DNA of 64,000 nucleotides from Eledone cirrhosa (taxonomy: Eukaryota): positions 620,001-684,000 of the forward strand of contig OZ024756.1 in assembly GCA_964016885.1 (NCBI GenBank), given 5' to 3'. Under the pieces are notes generated by a model that searched no databases, had not been told where the DNA came from, and worked only from the letters and a program-made list of their open reading frames with translations. How positions within the stretch are numbered: the first letter of the stretch is position 1; each line of letters begins with the position of its first letter. Position numbers and translations under genes: made by a program. Positions 13,490 through 28,433 of this stretch are shown here, piece after piece.

Positions 13490-16400
13490 ATGGGTAGGTA
13501 AGGATGATGGGTTAGGGGGAGTAGGCATTTTCCTGGCTGAGAGATGGATCAATAAAACAATAGAGGTAGTTAGAGTTAGTAATCGAATAATTAAGCTTAG
13601 ATTAGTTGTAGGCAGGAGACTACTGACAATCATCTCTGCCTATGCTCCCCAAGCAGGCCTAGGTAAAGAAGAGAAAGACTGCTTTTACGAGCAACTTTTA
13701 CAAACAACCGCAATGACAGAGGACGGAGACATCGTTATGCTAGCAGGGGACTTCAATGGTCATGTTGGCCAGCTCCAGGATGGTTACACTGGGGTACATG
13801 GTGGGCACGGTTACGGCTCAAGAAATGAAGAAGAAGTGAGACTTCTTGAATTTTATGATGCAAGTACACTGGCTATTTGCAACACTAACTTCCAGACACC
13901 TGCCAACAACCTAATAACCTACAAATCTGGCGAGCACATAAGCCAGATTGACTTCTTACTAGTTAGGCAGCGGGACAGGCAGATAGTGTCTAATACCAAG
14001 GCATACCCTGGGGAAGAATGTACCCCACAGCATAGGTTAATCGTTAGTGATATCTCAGTAAGCAAGAGATGGAATGAGACATACAGGAAGGTGTGGAGAA
14101 GAAAGGTCTGGAAGCTAAAAGACCTTTCACTAAAATACAAATTTAGGAAAGCCCTTCAAGATGTGTATGACGAAAAAGAAGACGATTTAGAGACGTATGA
14201 CATAGATAATAACTGGAATTTCTTACGTGACAACTTACTGCAGGCTACTGATGAAACTTGTGGCTGGAACAGAGCTCCAACCAGACAGAGAGTGACTTGG
14301 TGGTGGAACAGCACAGTAGATAAGGCCATTATAGACAAAAGACTAGCATGGAAGGATTGGAAAAAGGGTGGGAGTAGGGAAGGAAACAGCCGCTAAGAGA
14401 GAAGCTAGACGCCAGGTGTACTTAGCACGCAGGGAGGCTGAGCGTAGGAGGTTTGCCAATGTTCTGCGACAGGAAGATCAGAGGCGTGCGGTGTTCCACA
14501 TTGCAAGGCAGTGTGTCAATGCAAATCAGGATGTTGTTGGAGATAAATGTGTCCGGAATGATGCTGGTGTACTTAGTGTCACGAATGATCAGAAAAAGGA
14601 GGCCTGGAAATGTCATGAGAGACTGATGAATGTGGAGAACGAATGGGAGAGAGAGAAATTACCCTCAGTAGATCCGACAGAGGGACCAGCTATTGAGATT
14701 GACGAATATAGGGTCCAAGAGGCGATTAAGGAAATGAAAAATGGTAATGCTGCTGGACCATTGGGGATAGTTGTTGAGATGCTGAAGGCATCAGGGGACG
14801 TAGGCACTAAACTGGTTGCACGCATCATCAATCAGGTTATATATGGTGGTGTCATACCCAAAGACTGGTGCAGCAGTATCCTCATAAATTTCTACAAAGG
14901 TAAAGGGGATGCTCTGGAGTGGAGCAATTATAGGGGTATAAAACTGAGGGATCAGGTTATGAAAGTGGCAGAAAGGATATTAGCACAACTAATTAGAGAA
15001 AGGGTCAAACTAGATGAGATGCAGTTTGGTTTTGTGCCTGGGAAGAGTACAACAGATGCTCTCTTCTTGGTGAGACAATTACAAGAGAGGTTCTTAGAGA
15101 AAAATAAGCCACTATACTTAGCCTTTGTTAACCTAGAGAAGGCCTTTGATAGGGTACCCCGATCTGTCATCTGGTGGTCCCTGAGGAAACTAGGTGTTGA
15201 GGAATGGCTTGCGAGGACAGTGCAAACTTTGTACAGTGGTACTGTCAGTAAAGTCAAGGTAGGAATGGAGTTTAGTGAGGAATTTCAGATACAAGTAGGA
15301 GTACATCAAGGTTCGGTCCTCAGCCCACTCTTGTTCATTATAGTCCCCAAAGCCATAACAGAGGAGTTTAAGACTGGTTGTCCATGGGAACTTCTCTATG
15401 CTGACGATCTGGTTCTTATAGCAGAATCAGTAGAGGAGCTAGAGAATAAATTCTGGCTATGGAAACAGCAGTTGGAAGCAAGAGGACTGAGAGTGAACCT
15501 AGCTAAGACAAAAGTGTTGAGTAGAAAAGAGGACAAAACTCTGATTCCACCAGGGAAATGGCCATGTTCGATTTGCAGAAAAGGAACTGGCATAAATTCT
15601 ATAAAATGCACACAATGCAGATCCTGGGTACACAAGAGATGAAGCGGGATAGCAGGCAAACTAACAGGTAGGGAGAAATATGCAGTAGATGTACAAGGAA
15701 ATTAGACAATAGAAGTCGCATTGATAGACACATTTTTCAAATGCAGGCGTGTGCTATAGAAGTGGTGGATAGCTTCCGGTACCTAGGAGATCAGATTAGC
15801 ATGGGAGGGGAGGGGGGTGTTCCGAGGCCATAGTATCTAGAATAAGGATGGGTTGGAAGAAATTTAGGGAGCTGCTTCCTCTGCTGACGAAGAAGGGTTT
15901 CTCCCTGCGTATGAAAGGCCGGTTATATGATGCCTGTGTGAAGAGCGCGATGCAGCATGGTAGTGAGACTTCGGTAGCAACTGCAGAGGATATGCAATGG
16001 CTGGAGAGAAATGAGGCAAGCATGCTCCGTTGGATGTGCAGTGTCAATGTGCGTGAACGACCCAGCATGAATGTGTTGAGAGAGAAACTGTGTCTGAGAG
16101 GGATAGAATGTAGTGTGCGAGAGAGGAGACTGAGGTGGTATGGACATGTGATGCGCATGGAGGATGGCCGATGGGTGAAGAAGTGTCAGGAAATGCCAGT
16201 TGAAGGAAGACTTGGTAGAGGTAGACCACGAAAAACATGGGCGGAGGTGGTGAGAAGAGACCTCAGATCATTGAAGCTCACGGTGGAGATGACGAAGGAC
16301 CGTGACAAGTGGAGAGATGCTGCGCTGAATAAGACCCGTCCCACCCTTGCAAGCAGGGAAGAGCGGACGTAAAATGATGATAATGATGATGATGATGATG
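13490..16400 (+). mobile_element. RTE-clade LINE, 5'-truncated and frameshifted (APE endonuclease part plus reverse transcriptase)
   Basis: AYAPQ, GDFNGHVG, SQIDF, QHRL (endonuclease); NYRGIKL, QFGFVPGKSTTDA, LEKAFDRVP, GVHQGSVLSPLLF, YADD (RT); RLRWYGHVMR, GRGRPRKTW; (ATG)n tail. Confidence 0.95.
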
Positions 16401-16440
16401 ATATATATATATATATATATATACATACACACACACACAA

Positions 16441-16515
<75 letters not shown>

Positions 16516-16772
16516 CATACACACACATGTATATATATATATTTACGTAGAGCACACAGCGTATGTGCATAAACACACATGTGTGCCATCACTTGCATCT
16601 GCATCTTGTGAAAAAATCTGCCTGTACCCTAGCATTTAGCTGTAGTGCTTAATAACAACCCCAACATGTACTCTCTCCGTATTCGCCATCTCCGATCTCC
16701 CTATTTTTACCCTCTATTGTATTTCAATTGTTTCTGTGACTAAGCTTGGTAGAGCTTATACTCAGCACTGTG

Positions 16773-16832
16773 TTTATTAAGCTCTGATGATTCCTGCCCA
16801 ACGGTATGGATGAAACATTATCAGCAAATAAA
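16773..16832 (+). ncRNA. Type I hammerhead ribozyme motif, slightly degenerate
   Basis: TTTATTAAGCT-CTGATGA-TTCCTGCC caac GGTATGGAT-GAAA-CATTA-TC-AGCAAATAAA; stems I and II pair, stem III imperfect. Confidence 0.55.
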
Positions 16833-16868
16833 AACTGTTTGAGTATGTAAGCGTTCTTTGATTTCTTT

Positions 16869-16929
<61 letters not shown>

Positions 16930-17164
16930 GGTGTAGTAGTTAGAGTGATTGAAATGTTGATAATGTCCAGGGTTCCTACATCGGGTTGTGTCGTGTTCTT
17001 GAACAAAAACATTTCATTTCAGTACACTCTGCTGAAAATGAATACCAGTAATAGCTTGGGGTTGACCAATATATATAAGGGCTCCAAGATATGGTGTCCT
17101 TTCTAAGTCAATGTTTTATAGCCAGATACTCTGTCTAGAACCAACCCTTTTAGTCATCTATTAC

Positions 17165-18270
17165 GTGTGTCTAACCCTTTTATTAACCCTTACAGCACTC
17201 AGGGTCAGGTGTGTCTCACCCTTTTATTAACCCTTACAGAAATCAGGGTAAGGTGTGTCTAACCCTTTTATTAACCATTACAGCACTCAGGGTAAGGTGT
17301 GTCTAACCCTTTTAATAACCCTTACAGCACTCAGGGTAAGGTGTGTCTAACCCTTTTAATAACCCTTACAGCACTCAGGGTAAGGTGTGTCTAACCCTTT
17401 TGTTAACCCTTACAGCACTCAGGGTAAGGTGTGTCTAACCCTTTTAATAACCCTTACAGCACTCAGGGTAAGGTGTGTCTAACCCTTTTGTTAACCCTTA
17501 CAGCACTCAGGGTAAGGTGTGTCTAACCCTTTTGTTAACCCTTACAGCACTCAGGGTAAGGTGTGTCTAACCCTTTTAATAACCCTTACAGCACTCAGGG
17601 TAAGGTGTGTCTAACCCTTTTATTAACCCTTACAGAACTCAGGGTAAGGTGTGTCTAACCCTTTTAGTAACCCTTACAGCACTCAGGGTAAGGTGTGTCT
17701 AACCCTTTTGTTAACCCTTACAGCACTCAGGGTAAGGTGTGTCTAACCCTTTTAGTACCCCGAACAGCACTCAGGGATCTGGTGTGTCTAACCCTTTTAG
17801 TAACCCTTACAGCACTCAGGGTAAGGTGTGTCTAACCCTTTTAGTAACCCTTACAGCACTCAGGGTAAGGTGTGTCTAACCCTTTTAGTACCCCGAACAG
17901 CACTCAGGGATCTGGTGTGTCTAACCCTTTTAGTAACCCTTACAGCACTCAGGGTAAGGTGTGTCTAACCCTTTTAGTAACCCTTACAGCACTCAGGGTA
18001 AGGTGTGTCTAACCCTTTTAGTAACCCTTACAGCACTCAGGGTAAGGTGTGTCTAACCCTTTTAGTAACCCTTACAGCACTCAGGGTAAGGTGTGTCTAA
18101 CCCTTTTAGTACCCCGAACAGCACTCAGGGATCTGGTGTGTATAACCCTTACACCACTCAGGGATCAAGCGTGTCTAACCATTACACCACTCAGGGATCT
18201 GCTGTGTATAACCCTTACACCACTCAGGGATCAGGGGTGTCTAACCCTTACACCACTCAGGGATCAGATG
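17165..18270. repeat. ~44-bp minisatellite
   Basis: Unit TAACCCTTTTAGTAACCCTTACAGCACTCAGGGTAAGGTGTGTC, about 22 copies, degenerating to shorter units at the 3' end. Confidence 0.95.
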
Positions 18271-18361
18271 TATCTATTCTGAACTAGGAACACGCAGTGA
18301 TTTGCTGCTCAAATACCAGAGAAATAAGTGACAACATAAGACATTATTGTAAATGACTTAC

Positions 18362-18526
18362 CAAGTTCTTCAGCTCTGTCAGAATGTTTAGTAGAAAATA
18401 TTGTGGCATCAATGCATAAAAAGTCAAACTTTGCATATATCAGGGATTTGGGTTTCATCCAGCGTCCATAGGCTACGGGATACTCAGCCTCCTTCTGGCT
18501 TTCTTTCTGCTTTTTAAGTTGAGATA
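18362..18526 (-). CDS. Coding exon linking SAM and protease domains (VSQLKKQKESQKEAEYPVAYGRWMKPKSLIYAKFDFLCIDATIFSTKHSDRAEEL)
   Basis: Acceptor tatctttccag, donor G|gtaagt; 165 nt, phase 1 to 1. Open frame and phases match both neighbouring exons. Confidence 0.8.
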
Positions 18527-18668
18527 CTGGAAAGATATGAACATATATATATAGTTATGTAATACAATTATTATAATTATATCATTATTACATAACTAAA
18601 AAGCTCTATAGCCTACATAGAGCACTCTCTTTTCCTTTACCTTTCCTACGGAAATACTTAATATATAA

Positions 18669-18724
<56 letters not shown>

Positions 18725-18798
18725 TAGTGGTGATGATGATGATCAGTGAATAGCTTACATCATCTACTGTGAGTAGGGAAGTTTCTGGACAATGTCTT

Positions 18799-18799
18799 C

Positions 18800-18881
<82 letters not shown>

Positions 18882-19180
18882 CCACCATCATCTACACCAC
18901 CACCATCATCACCACCATTATCTCCACCACCACCACCACCACCACCACCATCTCCACCACCACCACCGTCACCACCATCTCCACCACCACCACCGTCACC
19001 ACCACCGCCACCACCACCACCACCACCACCACCACCACCACCACCACTATCTCCACCACCACCACCATCATTACCACCGTCACCACAACCACCACCACCA
19101 CCACCATCATCATCACCACCACCACCACTAGCTCCACCACCACCACCATCATTACCACCGTCACCACCACCACCACCATT
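18799..19180. repeat. (CCA/TCA)n trinucleotide tract
   Basis: Direct inspection. Similar tracts at 29370-30965, 51180-51625 (AAC/AGT), 59085-59445, 60280-60565. Confidence 0.95.
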
Positions 19181-19944
19181 GGTCATTTACATACACATCT
19201 CACAATACTTCATATTAACTATACTTTATTCTCATCATGTTGTTGTTCTTGTTGTAATCCAAAGTCCACTGCCTGATTGTTGTTGTTATTGTTCTTGTTG
19301 TTGTAATCCAAAGTCCACTGGCCCCCCCCCCCTCACTGTCTCTGTCGAATCCTTCCCCATCTTTGACACTTTCTTAATCTCACCCACAATAAAATCTCAA
19401 GATATACTGACACAACGACATAGACTGAGATAATTGTACAACTTTGTAGCTGTTATCTTAGTAACAGTTGTTGTTGTTGTTGTCGGACCGCGGTTGGTCA
19501 GGGTTCTAGCCATAGGAACACCAGAAGTGTCTGCTTGTGAAAGTGGCTGAGTATACCACGGACGTGTGCACCCGTGTACTAAACTGACCAAGACATAAAA
19601 GTATGAAGAAAGACATTCAATAGGAGTTGATGGACAAGATCGTCATTTGCTGACCGAGTGCGGTGGAACTTGTCCAATTAGACCAACACAACAATGTTTC
19701 CATTGGTCATTCCATTGCTGATGCTATCTACCGGTCACAACTCCAGGTAGAAGGAGCAATGTGAAATCAAGTGTCTTGCTCAAGGACACAACGCATCACC
19801 TGATCAAGGAATCGAACTCACAAACTCTAGATGTCAGATCTAATTCTCTAACCACTCAGCCACACACCTTCACAGTAATAAAATGTATTAAAAGGTAAAG
19901 AAAAGGGCCTTAACCCTTAGTGGAGTTATAGGAGGCACTGTCCT

Positions 19945-22900
19945 GACATCTGGGAACATGTCTTGGACACTACTGACAGCTGGTAACATGTCTTGGACAC
20001 TACTGACAGCTGGTAACATGTTTTGGACACTACTGACAGCTGGTAACATGTTTTGGACACTACTGACAGCTGGTAATATGTCTTGGACACTACTGACAGC
20101 TGGTAACATGTCTTGGACACTACTGACAGCTGGTAACATGTCTTGGACACTACTGACAGCTGGTAACATGTCTTGGACACTACTGACAGCTGGTAACATG
20201 TTTTGGACACTACTGACAGCTGGTAACATGTTTTGGACACTACTGACAGCTGGTAATATGTTTTGGACACTACTGACAGCTGGTAATATGTCTTGGACAC
20301 TACTGACAGCTGGTAACATGTCTTGGACACTACTGACAGCTGGTAACATGTCTTGGACACTACTGACAGCTGGTAACATGTCTTGGACACTACTGACAGC
20401 TGGTAACATGTTTTGGACACTACTGACAGCTGGTAATATGTCTTGGACACTACTGACAGCTGGTAACATGTCTTGGACACTATTGACAGCTGGGAACATG
20501 TCTTGGACACTACTGACAGCTGGTAACATGTCTTGGACACTACTGACAGCTGGTAACATGTCTTGGACACTACTGACAGCTGGGAACATGTTTTGGACAC
20601 TACTGACAGCTGGTAACATGTCTTGGACACTACTGACAGCTGGGAACATGTTTTGGACACTACTGACAGCTGGTAACATGTCTTGGACACTACTGACAGC
20701 TGGTAACATGTTTTGGACACTACTGACAGCTGGTAACATGTCTTGGACACTACTGACAGCTGGGAACATGTCTTGGACACTACTGACAGCTGGGAACATG
20801 TCTTGGGACACTACTGACAGCTGGGAACATGTCTTGGACACTACTGACAGCTGGGAACATGTCTTGGACACTACTGACAGCTGGTAACATGTCTTGGGCA
20901 CTACTGACAGCTGGTAACATTTCTTGGACACTGCTGACAGCTGGTAACATGTCTTGGACACTACTGACAGCTGGTAACATATCTTAGACACTACTGACAG
21001 CTGGTAACATGTTTTGGACACTACTGACAGCTGGGAACATGTCTTGGACACTACTGACAGCTTGTAACATGTTTTGGACACTACTGACAGCTGGTAACAT
21101 ATCTTAGACACTACTGACAGCTGGTAACATGTCTTGGACACTACTGACAGCTGGTAACATGTCTTGGACACTACTGACAGCTGGGAACATGTCTTGGACA
21201 CTACTGACAGCAGGGAACATGTCTTTGGACACTACTGACAGCTGGGAACATGTCTTGGACACTACTGACAGCTGGTAACATATCTTAGACACTACTGACA
21301 GCTGGTAACATGTCTTGGACACTACTGACAGCTGGTAACATGTCTTGGACACTACTGACAGCTGGGAACATGTCTTGGACACTACTGACAGCTGGGAACA
21401 TGTCTTTGGACACTACTGACAGCTGGGAACATGTCTTGGACACTACTGACAGCTGGTAACATATCTTAGACACTACTGACAGCTGGTAACATGTTTTGGA
21501 CACTACTGACAGCTGGGAACATGTCTTTGGACACTACTGACAGCTGGTAATATGTCTTGGACACTACTGACAGCTGGTAACATGTCTTGGACACTATTGA
21601 CAGCTGGGAACATGTCTTGGACACTACTGACAGCTGGTAACATGTCTTGGACACTACTGACAGCTGGTAACATGTCTTGGACACTACTGACAGCTGGGAA
21701 CATGTTTTGGACACTACTGACAGCTGGTAACATGTCTTGGACACTACTGACAGCTGGTAACATGTTTTGGACACTACTGACAGCTGGTAATATGTCTTGG
21801 ACACTACTGACAGCTGGTAACATGTCTTGGACACTATTGACAGCTGGGAACATGTCTTGGACACTACTGACAGCTGGTAACATGTCTTGGACACTACTGA
21901 CAGCTGGTAACATGTCTTGGACACTACTGACAGCTGGGAACATGTTTTGGACACTACTGACAGCTGGTAACATGTCTTGGACACTACTGACAGCTGGGAA
22001 CATGTTTTGGACACTACTGACAGCTGGTAACATGTCTTGGACACTACTGACAGCTGGTAACATGTTTTGGACACTACTGACAGCTGGTAACATGTCTTGG
22101 ACACTACTGACAGCTGGGAACATGTCTTGGACACTACTGACAGCTGGGAACATGTCTTGGGACACTACTGACAGCTGGGAACATGTCTTGGACACTACTG
22201 ACAGCTGGGAACATGTCTTGGACACTACTGACAGCTGGTAACATGTCTTGGGCACTACTGACAGCTGGTAACATTTCTTGGACACTGCTGACAGCTGGTA
22301 ACATGTCTTGGACACTACTGACAGCTGGTAACATATCTTAGACACTACTGACAGCTGGTAACATGTTTTGGACACTACTGACAGCTGGGAACATGTCTTG
22401 GACACTACTGACAGCTTGTAACATGTTTTGGACACTACTGACAGCTGGTAACATATCTTAGACACTACTGACAGCTGGTAACATGTCTTGGACACTACTG
22501 ACAGCTGGTAACATGTCTTGGACACTACTGACAGCTGGGAACATGTCTTGGACACTACTGACAGCAGGGAACATGTCTTTGGACACTACTGACAGCTGGG
22601 AACATGTCTTGGACACTACTGACAGCTGGTAACATATCTTAGACACTACTGACAGCTGGTAACATGTCTTGGACACTACTGACAGCTGGTAACATGTCTT
22701 GGACACTACTGACAGCTGGGAACATGTCTTGGACACTACTGACAGCTGGGAACATGTCTTTGGACACTACTGACAGCTGGGAACATGTCTTGGACACTAC
22801 TGACAGCTGGTAACATATCTTAGACACTACTGACAGCTGGTAACATGTTTTGGACACTACTGACAGCTGGGAACATGTCTTTGGACACTACTGACAGCTG

Positions 22901-25900
22901 GTAATATGTCTTGGACACTACTGACAGCTGGTAACATGTCTTGGACACTATTGACAGCTGGGAACATGTCTTGGACACTACTGACAGCTGGTAACATGTC
23001 TTGGACACTACTGACAGCTGGTAACATGTCTTGGACACTACTGACAGCTGGGAACATGTTTTGGACACTACTGACAGCTGGTAACATGTCTTGGACACTA
23101 CTGACAGCTGGGAACATGTTTTGGACACTACTGACAGCTGGTAACATGTCTTGGACACTACTGACAGCTGGTAACATGTTTTGGACACTACTGACAGCTG
23201 GTAACATGTCTTGGACACTACTGACAGCTGGGAACATGTCTTGGACACTACTGACAGCTGGGAACATGTCTTGGGACACTACTGACAGCTGGGAACATGT
23301 CTTGGACACTACTGACAGCTGGGAACATGTCTTGGACACTACTGACAGCTGGTAACATGTCTTGGGCACTACTGACAGCTGGTAACATTTCTTGGACACT
23401 GCTGACAGCTGGTAACATGTCTTGGACACTACTGACAGCTGGTAACATATCTTAGACACTACTGACAGCTGGTAACATGTTTTGGACACTACTGACAGCT
23501 GGGAACATGTCTTGGACACTACTGACAGCTTGTAACATGTTTTGGACACTACTGACAGCTGGTAACATATCTTAGACACTACTGACAGCTGGTAACATGT
23601 CTTGGACACTACTGACAGCTGGTAACATGTCTTGGACACTACTGACAGCTGGTAACATGTCCTGGACACTACTGACAGCTGGTAACATGTCTTGGACACT
23701 ACTGACAGCTGGTAACATATCTTAGACACTACTGACAGCTGGTAACATGTCTTGGACACTACTGACAGCTGGTAACATGTCTTGGACACTACTGACAGCT
23801 GGGAACATGTCTTGGACACTACTGACAGCTGGGAACATGTCTTGGGACACTACTGACAGCTGGGAACATGTCTTGGACACTACTGACAGCTGGGACCATG
23901 TCTTGGACACTACTGACAGCTGGTAACATGTCTTGGACACTACTGACAGCTGGTAACATATCTTAGACACTACTGACAGCTGGTAACATGTCTTGGACAC
24001 TACTGACAGCTGGTAACATGTCTTGGACACTACTGACAGCTGGTAACATATCTTAGACACTACTGACAGCTGGTAACATGTCTTGGACACTACTGACAGC
24101 TGGTAACATGTCTTGGACACTACTGACAGCTCGGAACATGTCTTGGACACTACTGACAGCTGGGAACATGTCTTGGACACTACTGACAGCTGGGAACATG
24201 TCTTGGACACTACTGACAGCTGGGAACATGTCTTGGGACACTACTGACAGCTGGGAACATGTCTTGGACACTACTGACAGCTGGGAACATGTCTTGGACA
24301 CTACTGACAGCTGGTAACATGTCTTGGGCACTACTGACAGCTGGTAACATTTCTTGGACACTGCTGACAGCTGGTAACATGTCTTGGACACTACTGACAG
24401 CTGGTAACATATCTTAGACACTACTGACAGCTGGTAACATGTTTTGGACACTACTGACAGCTGGGAACATGTCTTGGACACTACTGACAGCTTGTAACAT
24501 GTTTTGGACACTACTGACAGCTGGTAACATATCTTAGACACTACTGACAGCTGGTAACATGTCTTGGACACTACTGACAGCTGGTAACATGTCTTGGACA
24601 CTACTGACAGCTGGGAACATGTCTTGGACACTACTGACAGCTGGGAACATGTCTTTGGACACTACTGACAGCTGGGAACATGTCTTGGACACTACTGACA
24701 GCTGGTAACATATCTTAGACACTACTGACAGCTGGTAACATGTTTTGGACACTACTGACAGCTGGGAACATGTCTTGGACACTACTGACAGCTGGTAACA
24801 TGTCTTGGACACTACTGGCAGCTGGTAACATGTCTTGGGCACTACTGACAGCTGGTAACATTTCTTGGACACTGCTGACAGCTGGTAACATATCTTAGAC
24901 ACTACTGACAGCTGGTAACATGTTTTGGAGACTACTGGCAGCTGGGAACATGTTTTGGACACTACTGACAGCTGGTAACATGTCTTGGACACTACTGACA
25001 GCTGGGAACATGTCTTGGACACTACTGACAGCTGGTAACATGTCTTGGACACTACTGACAGCTGGTAACATATCGTAGACACTACTGACAGCTGGTAACA
25101 TGTTTTGGACACTACTGACAGCTGGGAACATGTCTTGGACACTACTGACAGCTGGTAACATGTTTTGGACACTACTGACAGCTGGTAACATGTCTTGGAC
25201 ACTACTGACAGCTGGTAACATGTCTTGGACACTACTGACAGCTGGTAACATATCTTAGACACTACTGACAGCTGGTAACATGTCTTGGACACTACTGACA
25301 GCTGGGAACATGTCTTGGACACTACTGACAGCTGGGAACATGTCTTGGGACACTACTGACAGCTGGGAACATGTCTTGGACACTACTGACAGCTGGTAAC
25401 ATGTCTTGGACACTACTGACAGCTGGTAACATATCTTAGACACTACTGACAGCTGGTAACATGTCTTGGACACTACTGACAGCTGGTAACATGTCTTGGA
25501 CACTACTGACAGCTGGTAACATGTCTTGGACACTACTGACAGCTGGGAACATGTCTTGGACACTACTGACAGCTGGGAACATGTCTTGGACACTACTGAC
25601 AGCTGGGAACATGTCTTGGGACACTACTGACAGCTGGGAACATGTCTTGGACACTACTGACAGCTGGGAACATGTCTTGGACACTACTGACAGCTGGTAA
25701 CAAGTCTTGGACACTACTGACAGCTGGTAACATATCTTAGACACTACTGACAGCTGGTAACATGTCTTGGACACTACTGACAGCTGGTAACATGTCTTGG
25801 ACACTACTGACAGCTGGGAACATATCTTAGACACTACTGACAGCTGGGAACGTGTCTTGGACACTACTGACAGCTGGTAACATGTCTTGGACATTACTGA

Positions 25901-27262
25901 CAGCTGGGAACATGTCTTGGACACTGCTGACAGCTGGGAACATGTCTTGGACACTGCTGACAGCTGAGAACATGTCTTGGACACTACTGACAGCTGGGAA
26001 CATATCTTAGACACTACTGACAGCTGGGAACATGTCTTGGACACTACTGACAGCTGGTAACATGTCTTGGACACTACTGACAGCTGGGAACATGTCTTGG
26101 ACACTGCTGACAGCTGGGAATATGTCTTGGACACTGCTGACAGCTGAGAACATGTCTTGGACACTACTGACAGCTGGGAACATGTCTTGGACACTACTGA
26201 CAGCTGGGAACATGTCTTGGACACTGCTGACAGCTGAGAACATGTCTTGGACACTACTGACAGCTGGCAACATGTCTTGGACACTACTGACAGCTGGTAA
26301 CATGTCTTGGGACACTACTGACAGCTGGTAACATGTCTTGGACACTACTGACAGCTGGTAACATATCTTAGACACTACTGACAGCTGGTAACATGTCTTG
26401 GACACTACTGACAGCTGGGAACATTTCTTGGACACTACTGACAGCTGGTAACATGTTTTGGACACTACTGACAGCTGGTAACATGTCTTGGACACTACTG
26501 ACAGCTGGGAACATGTCTTGGGACACTACTGACAGCTGGTAACATGTCTTGGACACTACTGACAGCTGGTAACATGTCTTGGACACTACTGACAGCTGGG
26601 AACATGTCTTGGACACTACTGACAGCTGGTAACATATCTTAGACGACTACTGACAGCTGGGAACATGTCTTGGACACTACTGACAGCTGGTAACATGTCT
26701 TGGACACTACTGACAGCTGGCAGAATGTCTTGGACACTACTGACAGCTGGTAACATGTCTTGGACACTACTGACAGCTAGCAGAATGTCTTGGACACTAC
26801 TGACAGCTGGGAACATGCCTTGGACACTACTGACAGCTGGTAACATGTCTTGGACACTACTGACAGCTGGCAGAATGTCTTGGACACTACTGACAGCTGG
26901 GAACATGTCTTGGACACTACTGACAGCTGGTAACATATCTTAGACACTACTGACAGCTGGGAACATGTCTTGGACACTACTGACAGCTGGTAACATGTCT
27001 TGGACACTACTGACAGCTAGCAGAATGTCTTGGACACTACTGACAGCTGGGAACATGCCTTGGACACTACTGACAGCTGGTAACATGTCTTGGACACTAC
27101 TGACAGCTGGCAGAATGTCTTGGACACTACTGACAGCTGGGAACATGTCTTGGACACTACTGACAGCTGGCAGAACATCTTGGACACTGTACTGACAGCT
27201 GGCAGAATGTCTTGGACACTACTGACAGCTGGCAGAACATCTTGGACACTGTACTGACAGCT
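19945..27262. repeat. 30-bp satellite (~240 units, 7.3 kb) with higher-order duplications
   Basis: Unit GACAGCTGG(T/G)AACATGTCTTGGACACTACT. Diagnostic variants recur at a 1354-bp offset (identical ORFs 21104..21382 and 22458..22736). Confidence 0.97.
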
Positions 27263-27493
27263 GGTGGAATGTCATCAAAGACTCCTTCCAACAGGTCCTG
27301 TCAGAAGCAACAGTCTCCAACTGATCCAGCTGGATCTCAAAGTGAGACCAGCCAAGTTCATGGATGTTATCCAACCATCTTGCTCGGGGTCTACCCCTGA
27401 GCCTCCTACCGGTTGGTTTTGCTTGTTGTAAAATCTGTCCAGCGATTCTTTCCTGAGACATTCTAACCACATGTCCATAGTTTCAGAGCTGTG
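27263..27493 (-). mobile_element. 3' fragment of an RTE-clade LINE abutting the 30-bp satellite
   Basis: GHVVRMSQERIAGQILQQAKPTGRRLRGRPRARWLDNIHELGWS; same family at 3415-3620(+) and 63610-64000(+). Confidence 0.8.
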
Positions 27494-27693
27494 NNNNNNN
27501 NNNNNNNNNNNNNNNNNNNNNNNNNNNNNNNNNNNNNNNNNNNNNNNNNNNNNNNNNNNNNNNNNNNNNNNNNNNNNNNNNNNNNNNNNNNNNNNNNNNN
27601 NNNNNNNNNNNNNNNNNNNNNNNNNNNNNNNNNNNNNNNNNNNNNNNNNNNNNNNNNNNNNNNNNNNNNNNNNNNNNNNNNNNNNNNNNNNNN
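27494..27693. other. Assembly gap (200 N)
   Basis: Run of N. Confidence 1.
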
Positions 27694-28027
27694 TCGGTCA
27701 TTACCCAAGATTGATGACCATAGGGAGGGGTTGAGACATTCTAACCTCGAAAATATAAAACCCTAAATATAAACCTATCTGAAGATATATTATTTAATGA
27801 AGATAAAATAGTTCGAGTTATTTGTATAATCTTAGATGAAGTCACTTACACACTTGTTGCTGAAACTTCTCAAGTGTTGTTATTGTTGATGATAGTGTTG
27901 TTGTTGTCACTGTTGTTGTTGTTGTTAATGATAGTGTTGTTGTGTTGTTGTTGATAGTGTTGTAGGTGAACATATAGCAACATATGCCTGTCCAGACATG
28001 TGTTACTATAGGGGGTACTAAGATGTA

Positions 28028-28063
<36 letters not shown>

Positions 28064-28064
28064 G

Positions 28065-28393
28065 GAGGGACATGGCTTAATGGTTAGAGCATTGGCCTTG
28101 CAATCGAAAGGTTGTGAGTTCAATTCTCAGACCGGGTGATGTGTTATTTCCTTGAGCAAGACACTTTATTTCACATTGCTCCAGTTTACTCAGCTGTAGA
28201 AATGAGATGATAGGGACTGGGGCCCCTATCATTCCACTGCAAAGTGGTCGTGGAGGTGCCACGGCAAAAAAAGCACCCAGCACTCACTGTAAATGAGTTT
28301 GGTGTTAGGAAGGGCATCCAGCTGTAGAAATCAAGCCAGAATCAGTTCCCGTCCCACCCTTGCAAGCAGGGAAAAAGCGGACGTAAAATGAAA

Positions 28394-28396
<3 letters not shown>
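28065..28396 (+). mobile_element. SINE with RTE-derived tail (second copy)
   Basis: Reverse complement of 12835-13175. Confidence 0.8.

Positions 28397-28429
<33 letters not shown>

Positions 28430-28433
<4 letters not shown>

Noticed and set aside
17165-18270. Interstitial telomeric repeat (TAACCCT)
   Set aside because: Only isolated hexamer matches within a longer unit.
19888-27195. Many repetitive ORFs (SKTCYQLSVV / QDMLPAVSSV); also CRISPR-like appearance
   Set aside because: 30-bp satellite with frequent frameshifts and no unique spacers; eukaryotic context.
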